Shown piece by piece: positions 49,506-57,742 of a stretch of DNA of 64,000 nt; within the stretch, counting starts at the first letter, position 1; every line of letters starts with the position of its first letter. The position numbers and the translations under genes were made by a program. The DNA is taken from positions 95,134 through 159,133 of the forward strand of contig CAVYNC010000004.1 of assembly GCA_963769775.1 (NCBI GenBank). Direction: 5' to 3'. Below the pieces are notes generated by a model that was not told where the DNA came from, did not search any database, and saw only the letters and a list, made by a program, of their open reading frames with translations. This DNA comes from an uncultured Acidimicrobiaceae bacterium. GTDB lineage: Bacteria; Actinomycetota; Acidimicrobiia; Acidimicrobiales; RAAP-2.

Positions 49506-51038
49506 CCTGTCAAGCGATTTGAGACACTCTCTGTTCAGATGGTCTGAGCAACCTCCTCTCCCAGCGGCGGGTTGATCCACGCCACCTCGGGGAGCCGCGG
49601 TGCCATCGGGGGACGGTGCCGGAAGCGGATGGGATTGTCCTCGAATGCGGCCGACAGCGTGGCCTGACGCTGGATCCTGATCTCGGTCGGCCGTCCCGTA
49701 GTGGACCGAGGCCGGGGTGTGGAGCCCGATGCCCGAATGACGGTGGACGTGGTTGTAGTGCTCGAAGAACTCGGCGCAGAAGGCCCGGGCGTCCTCGATG
49801 GAGCCGAACCGGTCGGGGAACGCCGGGCAGTACTTGAGAGTCTTGAAGGCCGCCTCCGAGAACGGGTTGTCGTTGCTCACGTGGGGGCGACTGTGGCTGC
49901 GGGTCACCCCGAGGTCGACCATCAACTGGGACACCGGCTTGGAGCGCATGGATGACCCCCGGTCGGCGTGGATGGTGAGTTGGTCCCGGTCCACCCCCTG
50001 GGTGAGGACGGCATCGTGGATGAAGTCGGTGGCCAGCTCGGCTGACTCGATGGGGGCCAGCAGCCAGCCGACGACGTAGCGGCTGAAGATGTCGAGGATG
50101 ACGTAGAGGTCGTAGTACTCGCCTCGGTTCGGGCCACGCAGTTTCGTGATATCCCAGGACCACACCTGGTTCGGCTGGGTGGCCATGAGCTCGGGCTTCT
50201 TCTTGGCCGGATGGGTCCGCTGACGCCGACGATCCTTTGATTCCCCGTTGCCCCGGAGCAGGCGGTGCATGGTGGACTGGGAGCACAGGTAGGTGCCGTC
50301 GTCCAGGGTGCGACCCCACACCTGAGCCACGGCCAGATCGCAGTGCTCGGGCCGGTGCAGCAGCTCCAGCACGGCCTGGCGTTCGGAGGGGCTGAGGGCG
50401 TTGGGTGGGCGTCGGCCGGGGACTCGGTGGTCCACACCTCGGTGGCCGACGGCGTCGGTAGTGGGTGGCCCGGGCTCGACCGAGCAGCTGACAGGCCCGC
50501 CTGGTCCCGACAACCTTGGCCAGCTCCGGGTGGTGGTCGTCGATCACCATCTCTACTTCTCCTCGGTGTCCGCGCTCTTGGAGATGTCCTCCAAGAGCGC
50601 GTGCACTTTTCCCATGATGTCGAGCGCCGTTCGTCGTCTTGTTCCAGCTCGGCCTCGAGACGTTCGTTCTTCTTGCGGAGCCGGTCGGCCTCCTTGCGGT
50701 CGGCACTGCGCCCGGTCCGTGAGCTGCCAGCAGAGGGTTCCGGCGTCTCGGGCCTTCCTCCACTCGGTGATCTGGGAGCTGTAGATCCCTTCCCGGCGGA
50801 GCAGCGCCCCTTTGGCACCGGATTCGGTGGCGGCTCTCATAGGCAGCCAGGATTCTCAGCTTCTGGTCGGGAGTGAATGTTCGTCTGGTCGGCGCTGCCG
50901 CCGGGTCGGTGTCGTCGGTCACGTCCCCATTTTGGGCGCGTGCCGTCAAGGATGTGGAGTTGGTCAAGGTCATGGGATTGGAATTCCTGTCTCGCCCGGG
51001 AGGGATAACGGTTACGGCAGGTGTCTCACGTCAGCCTG
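49506..51038 (-). mobile_element. IS3-family insertion sequence (orfA/orfB, several frame breaks) inserted into the IS110 transposase gene
   Basis: orfA pieces: FTPDQKLRILAAYE, GALLRREGIYSSQITEWRKARDAG, ADRLRKKNERLEAELEQ, ALDIMGKVHALLEDIS. orfB has the rve domain: WSWDITKL, YDLYVILDIFSRYVVGW, HADRGSSMRSKPV, SNDNPFSEAAFKTLKY, YNHVHRHSGIGLHTP. The ends share TGAGACAC/GTGTCTCA. The tetranucleotide CCTG occurs at both junctions (49506-49509, 51035-51038). Confidence 0.8.
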
Positions 51039-51222
51039 AGGCCGCCCGCGCTGCCATCAGCGGTCGGGCCTCGGGTGCCGGCAAGTCCAAGGATGGCCCC
51101 GACCCGCACGTCGGGGATGACCCTTCGAAGGCGATCCCGGGTCTCATTGGTCGTCGCCCAAAAGGGTCGCGGAGTGCGCTGGAGGAATGCTCTATGAGGT
51201 GGTGATCCAATAGGCTCGGAGC

Positions 51223-51400
51223 ATGGACAGGCCCATAACAGTCGTGATCTACGTGCTTGCGCTTGTTGGCGTCGTGGTCGGTGTGGACATCCTGTTCTTC
51301 AGGCACCACACTTGGCCGTCGCCTGATTGTAAACATCGGCATTGTGCTGGTGTTCGCGGCCTTCTATGTGCGGTTTCAGCACACACTCGGGGGCAAGTAA
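51223..51400 (+). pseudogene. small two-TM membrane protein (~58 aa), one frameshift as assembled
   Basis: MDRPITVVIYVLALVGVVVGVDILFFRHHTW then, after a shift near 51315, RLIVNIGIVLVFAAFYVRFQHTLGGK, ending at TAA 51398-51400. Confidence 0.5.
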
Positions 51401-51468
51401 TCGCCTCTGGGGCGTCCCACCGGACGCATCGATCGGCGGGGCTGGGCACACACCTCGCTTGGCCGAGG

Positions 51469-52071
51469 TTAGAACCTGAAGCGAGTCAGCCCCCCCGGCT
51501 CGGTGCCCAGTACTACGGTCACCGAATGTGGCTTGATGCGATAGACGTTCCACGGCGGTGGTCCCTGCGACGGCGCGTTGAATGGGGCGGTGATACCGGC
51601 CCCGGTCTCATCCAGTTCGGCGGGCCACCCCTGGTCCGCCCAGGCTTTGGCAAGGCGCGTCAGTGAGGCCGGATTGGTCTCCCGCTCTGCCTTACCCTCG
51701 GCGACGACATCTGCGTCTTGAATCGACACCGCGATCGAGCAGCGCGGGTCGCGGGCGACGTTGCGGCCCTTCCGCGTACCCGATCCGGTCTGGAACCAGA
51801 AGCTTCCGTCCAGCCAAAGCGCGCCGACCGCAGTCACGTGCGGGCTCCCATCATCGTTCACCGTCGAGAGCCAGGTCGTGCGAGCGTTGTGGGCGTCTGG
51901 AGCCGGTGGCGATCCGGCATCGAGCCTCTCGACGACGTTCGCCCAGTTCACCGGGGGCAACCCGTCCGTCGCACCCAAGTTGATGATGTCCATTACGTCT
52001 CCCTTCTGGTAGCCCGCGACACTGCTCAGAGTCTTGTCGTCCATCAGACGTTTAGCGGTCGCCAAAGTCAT
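51469..52071 (-). CDS. pyridoxamine 5'-phosphate oxidase (PPOX) family flavin/deazaflavin-binding protein
   Basis: ORF 51469..52197 contains TTWLSTVNDDGSPHVTAVGALWLDGSFWFQTGSGTRKGRNVARDPRCSIAV. The start is either Met at 52071 or Met at 51993. Confidence 0.7.
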   Translation of the reverse strand: MTLATAKRLMDDKTLSSVAGYQKGDVMDIINLGATDGLPPVNWANVVERLDAGSPPAPDAHNARTTWLSTVNDDGSPHVTAVGALWLDGSFWFQTGSGTRKGRNVARDPRCSIAVSIQDADVVAEGKAERETNPASLTRLAKAWADQGWPAELDETGAGITAPFNAPSQGPPPWNVYRIKPHSVTVVLGTEPGGLTRFRF

Positions 52072-52213
52072 CGCGGGGTGAGCGAGGTGGAAGTCCTCGC
52101 CAGTCTGCCAGGCGTGTCCCCTACCGCTGCCGGATACGCACCATCTTCGACCGGCGCCTCGGGGCGTGTGAATAACTTTCGGAAGGACTCTGATCAAGTG
52201 AGGCCGCTACTGC

Positions 52214-53392
52214 TCAACTCTCGGGCAGTGGATAACCAAACGCGTCGGCCAGACAGCGTATGACGTGCTGAACACCAATCTCGTTCCGACCAATCATCAT
52301 GTGGTCATGCTGGGCATGACGAATTGCGTCACCGCATTGCGGGAGCATGCCAAAGTCCTCGTCCCGAACCGCTGCATGTACCTGCGCAAAGAGATCGGTG
52401 TAGCCCGCCCGTTCGTCCTCTGTCGCCGGAGGAACCTTTGCCATCCACTCGTGACGGACCCTGCTGAGCGAAGAGCTGCCTTCAGGAAGGATATCGATCA
52501 ACTCGACTCCGACGTTGCTGAATGCCACTACAAGGTTCGGGAAGAGCCAATAGATGATGGCCACATTGTCAATCGGCTCCCAACTTGCCTCCCCACCGTC
52601 GTGTGACCGAATCCAGGGAAAGGGAAAGCAGATGCGATGGTGGCGACCGAACGACTGATGGACGGCAACGTCGGCGATCGTGTTCTGGCCGATGAGACTA
52701 TTCGCATGAACATAGGGAAAGTGATAGCTCTCGGCGAATGCCTCCAATGCTGCCTTCCAGTTCACCTCGGACCGAAACTCGCGGAGAGTAAAGTGCTCGT
52801 ACGCACCGAGCTGCCAACCGTCCAACTCTTCACCAAGCGACCCCAGATGGCCATCGAGATCAAGTGGGGCACCCGCAGTTAGAACTACCCACACCAGCCC
52901 GTGGCGCTCGTCCGAGGGAAGCTCGATCAGTCCCGTCTCGGCCCAATCAACCTCCGTGAAACCCCGCTTACCCGGCACACCGACGAGCTGTCCGGCGCTG
53001 TCATAGGTCCATCCATGGTAGGGACAACTGAAACGGCGAGCACTTCCGCATCCTTCAGCGGGACGAGCTCCTCGGTGACGGCAATAGTTCAGGAAGGCCC
53101 GAACCACGCCGTCGGACCCTCGCGAAACGAGGACTGAACGTCCGAGCACATCGCGGACCACGTAGTCGTGTGGATTCCGCACCCTTGCGCTTGGCATCAG
53201 AGCCATCGGCGTACAGACCAGTAGCTCCTCTTCTCGTCGGAACTGTTCCTCATCGCCGTAGTAGCTGAGCGGCACCTGCAAGACCGACGGTGCCATATCA
53301 GTCGTGCCGTTACGCACATGCTCCAGCGCAGCTCTGGTCAAATCGGTGTCGGAATAGGAGAGTGGCCCAGACAGTCGCTCCACGCTTGTCAT
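52214..53392 (-). CDS. Rieske [2Fe-2S] aromatic-ring-hydroxylating oxygenase alpha subunit
   Basis: 392-aa ORF with the Rieske motif CRHRGARPAEGCGSARRFSCPYHGW and a non-haem iron region ESYHFPYVH. Confidence 0.85.
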   Translation of the reverse strand: MTSVERLSGPLSYSDTDLTRAALEHVRNGTTDMAPSVLQVPLSYYGDEEQFRREEELLVCTPMALMPSARVRNPHDYVVRDVLGRSVLVSRGSDGVVRAFLNYCRHRGARPAEGCGSARRFSCPYHGWTYDSAGQLVGVPGKRGFTEVDWAETGLIELPSDERHGLVWVVLTAGAPLDLDGHLGSLGEELDGWQLGAYEHFTLREFRSEVNWKAALEAFAESYHFPYVHANSLIGQNTIADVAVHQSFGRHHRICFPFPWIRSHDGGEASWEPIDNVAIIYWLFPNLVVAFSNVGVELIDILPEGSSSLSRVRHEWMAKVPPATEDERAGYTDLFAQVHAAVRDEDFGMLPQCGDAIRHAQHDHMMIGRNEIGVQHVIRCLADAFGYPLPES

Positions 53393-53415
53393 GTCAGTCT
53401 CCTATCGTCTGTCGG

Positions 53416-53982
53416 GTGCGAACCCACGGCTGGGGCGGAAATCCGCCCGGCACCGATAAGGAGGCGATTGCCCGGATCATGCAAGCGGCCGCCGTCTCTG
53501 TGACTGAGCACAGCAACGGTGCAGACGTTTCCAAAGTAGCGGCTCGACTCGGTGTGACCCGTCAGACGGCCTATCGCTACTTCCCAACCCGCATCGCCCT
53601 CTTCGAGGCGGTCGCCGTCCAGGCTTCTGTCAACTTGATAGAGCAACTGAAGGAGCGGGTCATCGACATAGCAAGTCCCACCGATGCAATCGTTGACATC
53701 CTCCTCTTTTGCATTCGCGAGGTTCCCAACCACCCTCAGCTCTCTTTCATCGCCCGACCTGGACATGGTGATGCGCTGATCACATCGGCTAGTGCACCCG
53801 GACTCACCGACGCCTTTCTGGGCCAGTTGCCTATCGAACTCGGATACCTCACGGCTGTCGAACAGATGCACCTGGCAGAGCACATGGTGCGTCTTCTTCA
53901 GGCCCTCCTTCTTGACCCCTCGACCGCCGACCGCGACGAAGCCGACCTGCGATCCTTCCTCAATGCCTGCTTTAGTCGGTAG
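53416..53982 (+). CDS. TetR-family transcriptional regulator, divergent from the Rieske oxygenase
   Basis: In ORF 53290..53982, from GTG 53416. HTH: DVSKVAARLGVTRQTAYRYFPT. Only 23 bp separate the two start codons. Confidence 0.8.
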   Translation: MRTHGWGGNPPGTDKEAIARIMQAAAVSVTEHSNGADVSKVAARLGVTRQTAYRYFPTRIALFEAVAVQASVNLIEQLKERVIDIASPTDAIVDILLFCIREVPNHPQLSFIARPGHGDALITSASAPGLTDAFLGQLPIELGYLTAVEQMHLAEHMVRLLQALLLDPSTADRDEADLRSFLNACFSR

Positions 53983-54625
53983 GTCCACACGTAGACAATG
54001 CACAGGTAGACACGTCTATGGTCAAGCGGCCTTTGTGATTCCCCAGGAGACCTGCACATTCTTGCGGCCTGCAGCGGATAGAGCTGCCCTGCACTGGAAG
54101 AGCAGTACCTGCCCCCTACCCACTCCGTGGCTCGGGCTCCCCAGCCCCGTCCCGCTTCCTTCCAGTCCATGCGATCCCACCTCCTGCGATTGAGCACATG
54201 GTGGTCCACCGCAACCTAGGGCGGGCAAAGGCCGTCGGCAAGGTGCCGATCGAGCAGGTCCAGCTGCCCCCCAACACGGGGAGCGGGTTACGCCGAGCGG
54301 ATGATGCCTCCTAGAACTCGGCGACGGATCGTTCTACACCACTGGCAACGGGGGTTCTGCTGTCCCGGTGGCCGTGATCTCATAGCCCTGTAGGGCCCAG
54401 CTCAGGCGATCTTCGAACTTGACTGGTCCGCTCGATGTGCCCTCCACGTGCGGTTGGGGGATGCTTTCGCCCGACTAACCGCGATATTGGGACATTTGGG
54501 GCCTTGAGCAGTTTCTGCCCGATAATTGACCCAAGACGTCGAACTCCGGCCGTCTGCCTGAATCCGAGTGGACCGACCCGGCGGTCAGCGGCAGGCACGC
54601 CAGCGAGGTCGTTTGACCTTGATCG

Positions 54626-55006
54626 ATGGTGGACCGAGGAATTGCATTCGTGTCCCGTACCGAGATTGACGAATACCTGGCACACCTCGAAGAGCCAAAA
54701 CGCTCCACTCTGCAGAGCTTGCGCCGGACGATCCTTGAAGTGGTCCCCGAAGCTGAGGAAGGAATCTCATACGGAGTTCCGGCCTTCAGGATGGGGGGGA
54801 AGGTCATCGCCGGATTCGCGGCCTTCAAGAACCATCTCAGCTACCTACCCCACAGTGGTTCCGTGTTTCCTGCCCTGCAGGACGAAGTGGCTCACTACAA
54901 GACGTCGACCGGGGCACTTCAGTTTCCAACCGACTCGCCGCTGCCGAAGCCTCTTGTGGAGCGCCTCGTCGCTGTGCGCATTGCCCAAGCCTTTCCAGAA
55001 GAATGA
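54626..55006 (+). CDS. DUF1801 (YdhG-like) domain protein
   Basis: 126-aa ORF with IDEYLAHLEEPKRSTLQSLRRTILEVVPEAEEGISYGVPAFRMGGKVIAGFAAFKNHLSYLP. Confidence 0.7.
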   Translation: MVDRGIAFVSRTEIDEYLAHLEEPKRSTLQSLRRTILEVVPEAEEGISYGVPAFRMGGKVIAGFAAFKNHLSYLPHSGSVFPALQDEVAHYKTSTGALQFPTDSPLPKPLVERLVAVRIAQAFPEE

Positions 55007-55083
55007 GACCACACACCCGAGCGACCGCTGTCGATGACCGCCGCCGATCCGGTGGTCAGGATATTGCCCGCTGCGTGTGATTG

Positions 55084-55527
55084 CTAGGACGGCCGCCACT
55101 CGTAGCACATGTCGGGAGCTTGCTCCTCATTGTCGCCCGTCGTCATGGAGGTGGCAACGAACCCGCGTGCTTCATAGAAGCGTCGGGCATCGAGATTGCC
55201 CTGAAAGACCCGTAGCTTGAGTCCGGTCGGACACTGCCGCATGGCATGGTCGAGCAGTGCCCCTCCGATGCCTCTTCCCGTCATGTCCGGGTCGACATAG
55301 AGCTGGTCGATCCATTCTTGATCGAGAACCATCAGGGCCATCGCCTCGCCATGGTTGCCAGCCACCCAGACCTGGCAGATCGGCAGCAGAATCTCATCGA
55401 ACCACCGATGCACTTCCTCTGCGGTGTGGACGGTTGGAGGGATAGCAGGGAGTGATGCCGCACACGACCGGAGCCAGAGCTCTGCCAGAGATGCTGCTTC
55501 ATCCGGGTTGGCCCTCCGGATCTCCAT
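55084..55527 (-). CDS. GNAT-family N-acetyltransferase
   Basis: 147-aa ORF with QLYVDPDMTGRGIGGALL and ARRFYEARGF. Confidence 0.85.
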   Translation of the reverse strand: MEIRRANPDEAASLAELWLRSCAASLPAIPPTVHTAEEVHRWFDEILLPICQVWVAGNHGEAMALMVLDQEWIDQLYVDPDMTGRGIGGALLDHAMRQCPTGLKLRVFQGNLDARRFYEARGFVATSMTTGDNEEQAPDMCYEWRPS

Positions 55528-55612
55528 GCCACATCATGTCTCCGTCCCGGTGTAGGAGGCACCCCGGCCGCTCCCGATTATCCCTCTTGACTCTCACCAC
55601 GGGGCAGGGTCC

Positions 55613-56702
55613 ATGCTTCATTCCGTGGACGACCTCATGCCTATAGGAGAGTTCGCGGTCCGCTCTGGGCTCTCGGTCAAACGGCTTAGAACGTATGCGG
55701 CTGAAGGCCTCCTCTCCCCAGCGGCGGTGGACCCGGGATCGGGGTATCGCTACTACTCCCCCGGCCAAATTGGCCGACGCCCGGGTGATAGATGCGCTCC
55801 GTCAGGCAGGCGTGCCGCTCGCCGACATTTGCGCCTTCAGGCGTCGGCCCTCCCCGGACAAGCTCGATGCTTGGGCGAGAAGGCTCGAAACCGATGCGAA
55901 CCACCGCCAGGAAGCCCTCGCTCATGCCCGCCATCTCCTTGCAGGGAGCGAGTACCCGTTGTCCCTAACTGCCGACCCAGAATCCAAGGAGGGACTTGTG
56001 ACCACATTGCGAACGGCGGGTCGAACTGACATCGGACAGCTGCGCGAGAACAACGAAGATGTGATCGTCACTAGCGATCGTCTTGCACTCGTCGCCGACG
56101 GGATGGGCGGACACCCAGGCGGCGAGATCGCGGCGGAGGTCGTGGCCGGCGTGGTTCCTGCGGCCTTTACTGGTCGATCAGTTGACGAGCTAGAAGCAGC
56201 GGTACGGGCCGCGAACTGGGCTATCCGGGAGCGTGCGGGCGCTCAGCCCGGCCTGGAGGGCATGGGCACCACGGTCTGCGCGGCTGGACTCCTCACAACC
56301 GGACATGTCGCGCTCGTCAATGTCGGGGACAGCCGGGCCTATCTATTTGACCATGGTTCGCTGAGCCACGTCACCCGGGATCACAGCCTCACGGCTGAAC
56401 TCATTGAGCGCGGGGAGCTACGGGAGGAGGAGGCAACTCAGCATCCCTACTACGGGATTCTCACTCGGGCACTCGGCGTCGGGTCCGATGTCGAGATCGA
56501 TCGGACAACTCTCGCCGTCGAAGAAGGGGATCGGATCGTTGTTTGCAGTGACGGATTGTTCAACGAGCTGTCCGACGACGAGATCGAGAGCGCCTTGACG
56601 GGAGACGAAGACATGACCGCAATCGTCGACAAGCTGATCGACAAGGCCATTACGGTTGGAGGTCGCGACAACGTATCCGTCGTGGTCGCCGAGGTGGCTT
56701 AG
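55613..56702 (+). pseudogene. MerR-type HTH domain fused to a PP2C (PPM) Ser/Thr phosphatase domain, one frameshift as assembled
   Basis: The first frame reads MPIGEFAVRSGLSVKRLRTYAAEGLLSPAAVDPGSGYRYYSPGQ. After a 1-nt slip at CAAATTGG (~55770) it continues as LADARVIDALRQAGVPLADI...coiled coil, then PP2C motifs RENNED, ADGMGGH, GTTV, VGDSRAY, CSDGLFN and GGRDNVSVVV. Confidence 0.75.
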
Positions 56703-56758
56703 GGTTCTCGGACTCGGAGCGGAAGTGTCTCGGCTTCGGGTCGGGTGGGTATCCTCGC

Positions 56759-57541
56759 TCAGGCGGCAACAGAGACCGTGCCACGCAGCAGATTCAGGCC
56801 GGTGAGGCCCGGCAGGCGGTCGACACTGCGGTCGATGCGCTCAGCCATGGCCTTCCCGTCATCATCTCCGAACAGGTAGGCGCGGAGGAACTCGACTTCC
56901 TGGTCCGAAACCACGCCAGTGCCGACTGGTGCCCAGAAATGGCGCAACGCCCATCGGGTGAGCCGTTGGGCGGCCCGGCTGTCGGCCAACCGGGACCTGG
57001 CTTGCGTCGCATAGAAGTCGATGTGGCGCCCTTCTTGCTCCATGATCCGACGGAGCAGTTGAGTGAGCGTGGGATGGTCGGCCAACTTGGCCAAGCGGGC
57101 ATAAGCGGCCTGGGTGGTCCACTCGTTGACCGCCCCCCACGTCATATGTACAGCCGTCAGGTGCGGGGTGACGGCCGATGCCAACTGGAATGCGAGGGGC
57201 TTCCATGCCTCGGTCTTCGGCAGTCGTTGCCGGAGAGCTGCGATCCTGGTCGTCCCGGCTTGCTCCTCGTGAACTTCCAAGATTCTGGCGATGGCCTCTC
57301 CGTGCCAGAACTCCTCATAGTTCCAGAGGGTGAGGAACGAGGTCACCTCGGGGTCACGGTGTGCCCGGGTGACCAGTACGTCGCGCAGGTAGCAGACCGT
57401 GTGGCTCTCCACATCGTGCATGTAGCGCAGGCACCGCAGCGCCTCTGAAGGCAGCGGACGTTCACGAAAGGAGTCGAAATCGATGTCTTCGACGTCGAGC
57501 TTCTCCGAGAGGCGATTGTAGGTGGCGATATCGAAACTCAT
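56759..57541 (-). CDS. ferritin-like diiron-carboxylate protein (two ExxH motifs)
   Basis: 260-aa ORF with NYEEFWHGE and MEQEGRHIDFY. The subfamily is not assignable by eye. Confidence 0.6.
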   Translation of the reverse strand: MSFDIATYNRLSEKLDVEDIDFDSFRERPLPSEALRCLRYMHDVESHTVCYLRDVLVTRAHRDPEVTSFLTLWNYEEFWHGEAIARILEVHEEQAGTTRIAALRQRLPKTEAWKPLAFQLASAVTPHLTAVHMTWGAVNEWTTQAAYARLAKLADHPTLTQLLRRIMEQEGRHIDFYATQARSRLADSRAAQRLTRWALRHFWAPVGTGVVSDQEVEFLRAYLFGDDDGKAMAERIDRSVDRLPGLTGLNLLRGTVSVAA

Positions 57542-57640
57542 GTTGTGTATTCGTTGCCGGCTGATTCTGAGATCACTGTTCTTTCACCGAGCAACCAGCA
57601 GGTCTCAGCCTCGACGAGACGCTCGGGGTACCCGGCTCGA

Positions 57641-57683
57641 TCCCAAAGTGGGCGAGATCGAGACTCGCATTGCCCACCTCGTC
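57641..57683 (+). repeat. displaced copy of the 3' half of tRNA-Lys (putative distal att site of the island)
   Basis: TCCCAAAGTGGGCGAGATCGAGACTCGCATTGCCCACCTCGTC aligns to 43520-43561 with 37/43 identical columns by hand alignment. No matching 5' acceptor half lies upstream. Confidence 0.7.
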
Positions 57684-57742
57684 CGCCTGGAACTTCGTCT
57701 GTGAGCCAGACCAGATGATGATCCCGCGCAACCGCCGTCGGA

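Noticed and set aside
49535-50973. Explaining all IS3 frame changes as the family-typical programmed -1 ribosomal frameshift.
   Set aside because: I could not locate an A-rich slippery heptamer at the orfA/orfB overlap. At least four additional frame changes are needed within orfA and orfB, so the copy is treated as degenerate or affected by assembly indels.
43555-57640. Integrase, excisionase or defence-system genes inside the island.
   Set aside because: I looked through all ORFs over 60 aa on both strands. Only IS transposases, metabolic enzymes and regulators were recognisable. No tyrosine/serine recombinase, restriction-modification, Cas, abortive-infection or toxin-like signatures were seen.
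57560-57690. A second complete tRNA gene at the distal island border.
   Set aside because: Only the T-arm/acceptor 3' half can be folded (GCGAG-ATCGAGA-CTCGC, ATTGCCC-A). No complementary 5' acceptor strand or D arm occurs in the preceding 80 nt. It is treated as an att-type remnant.
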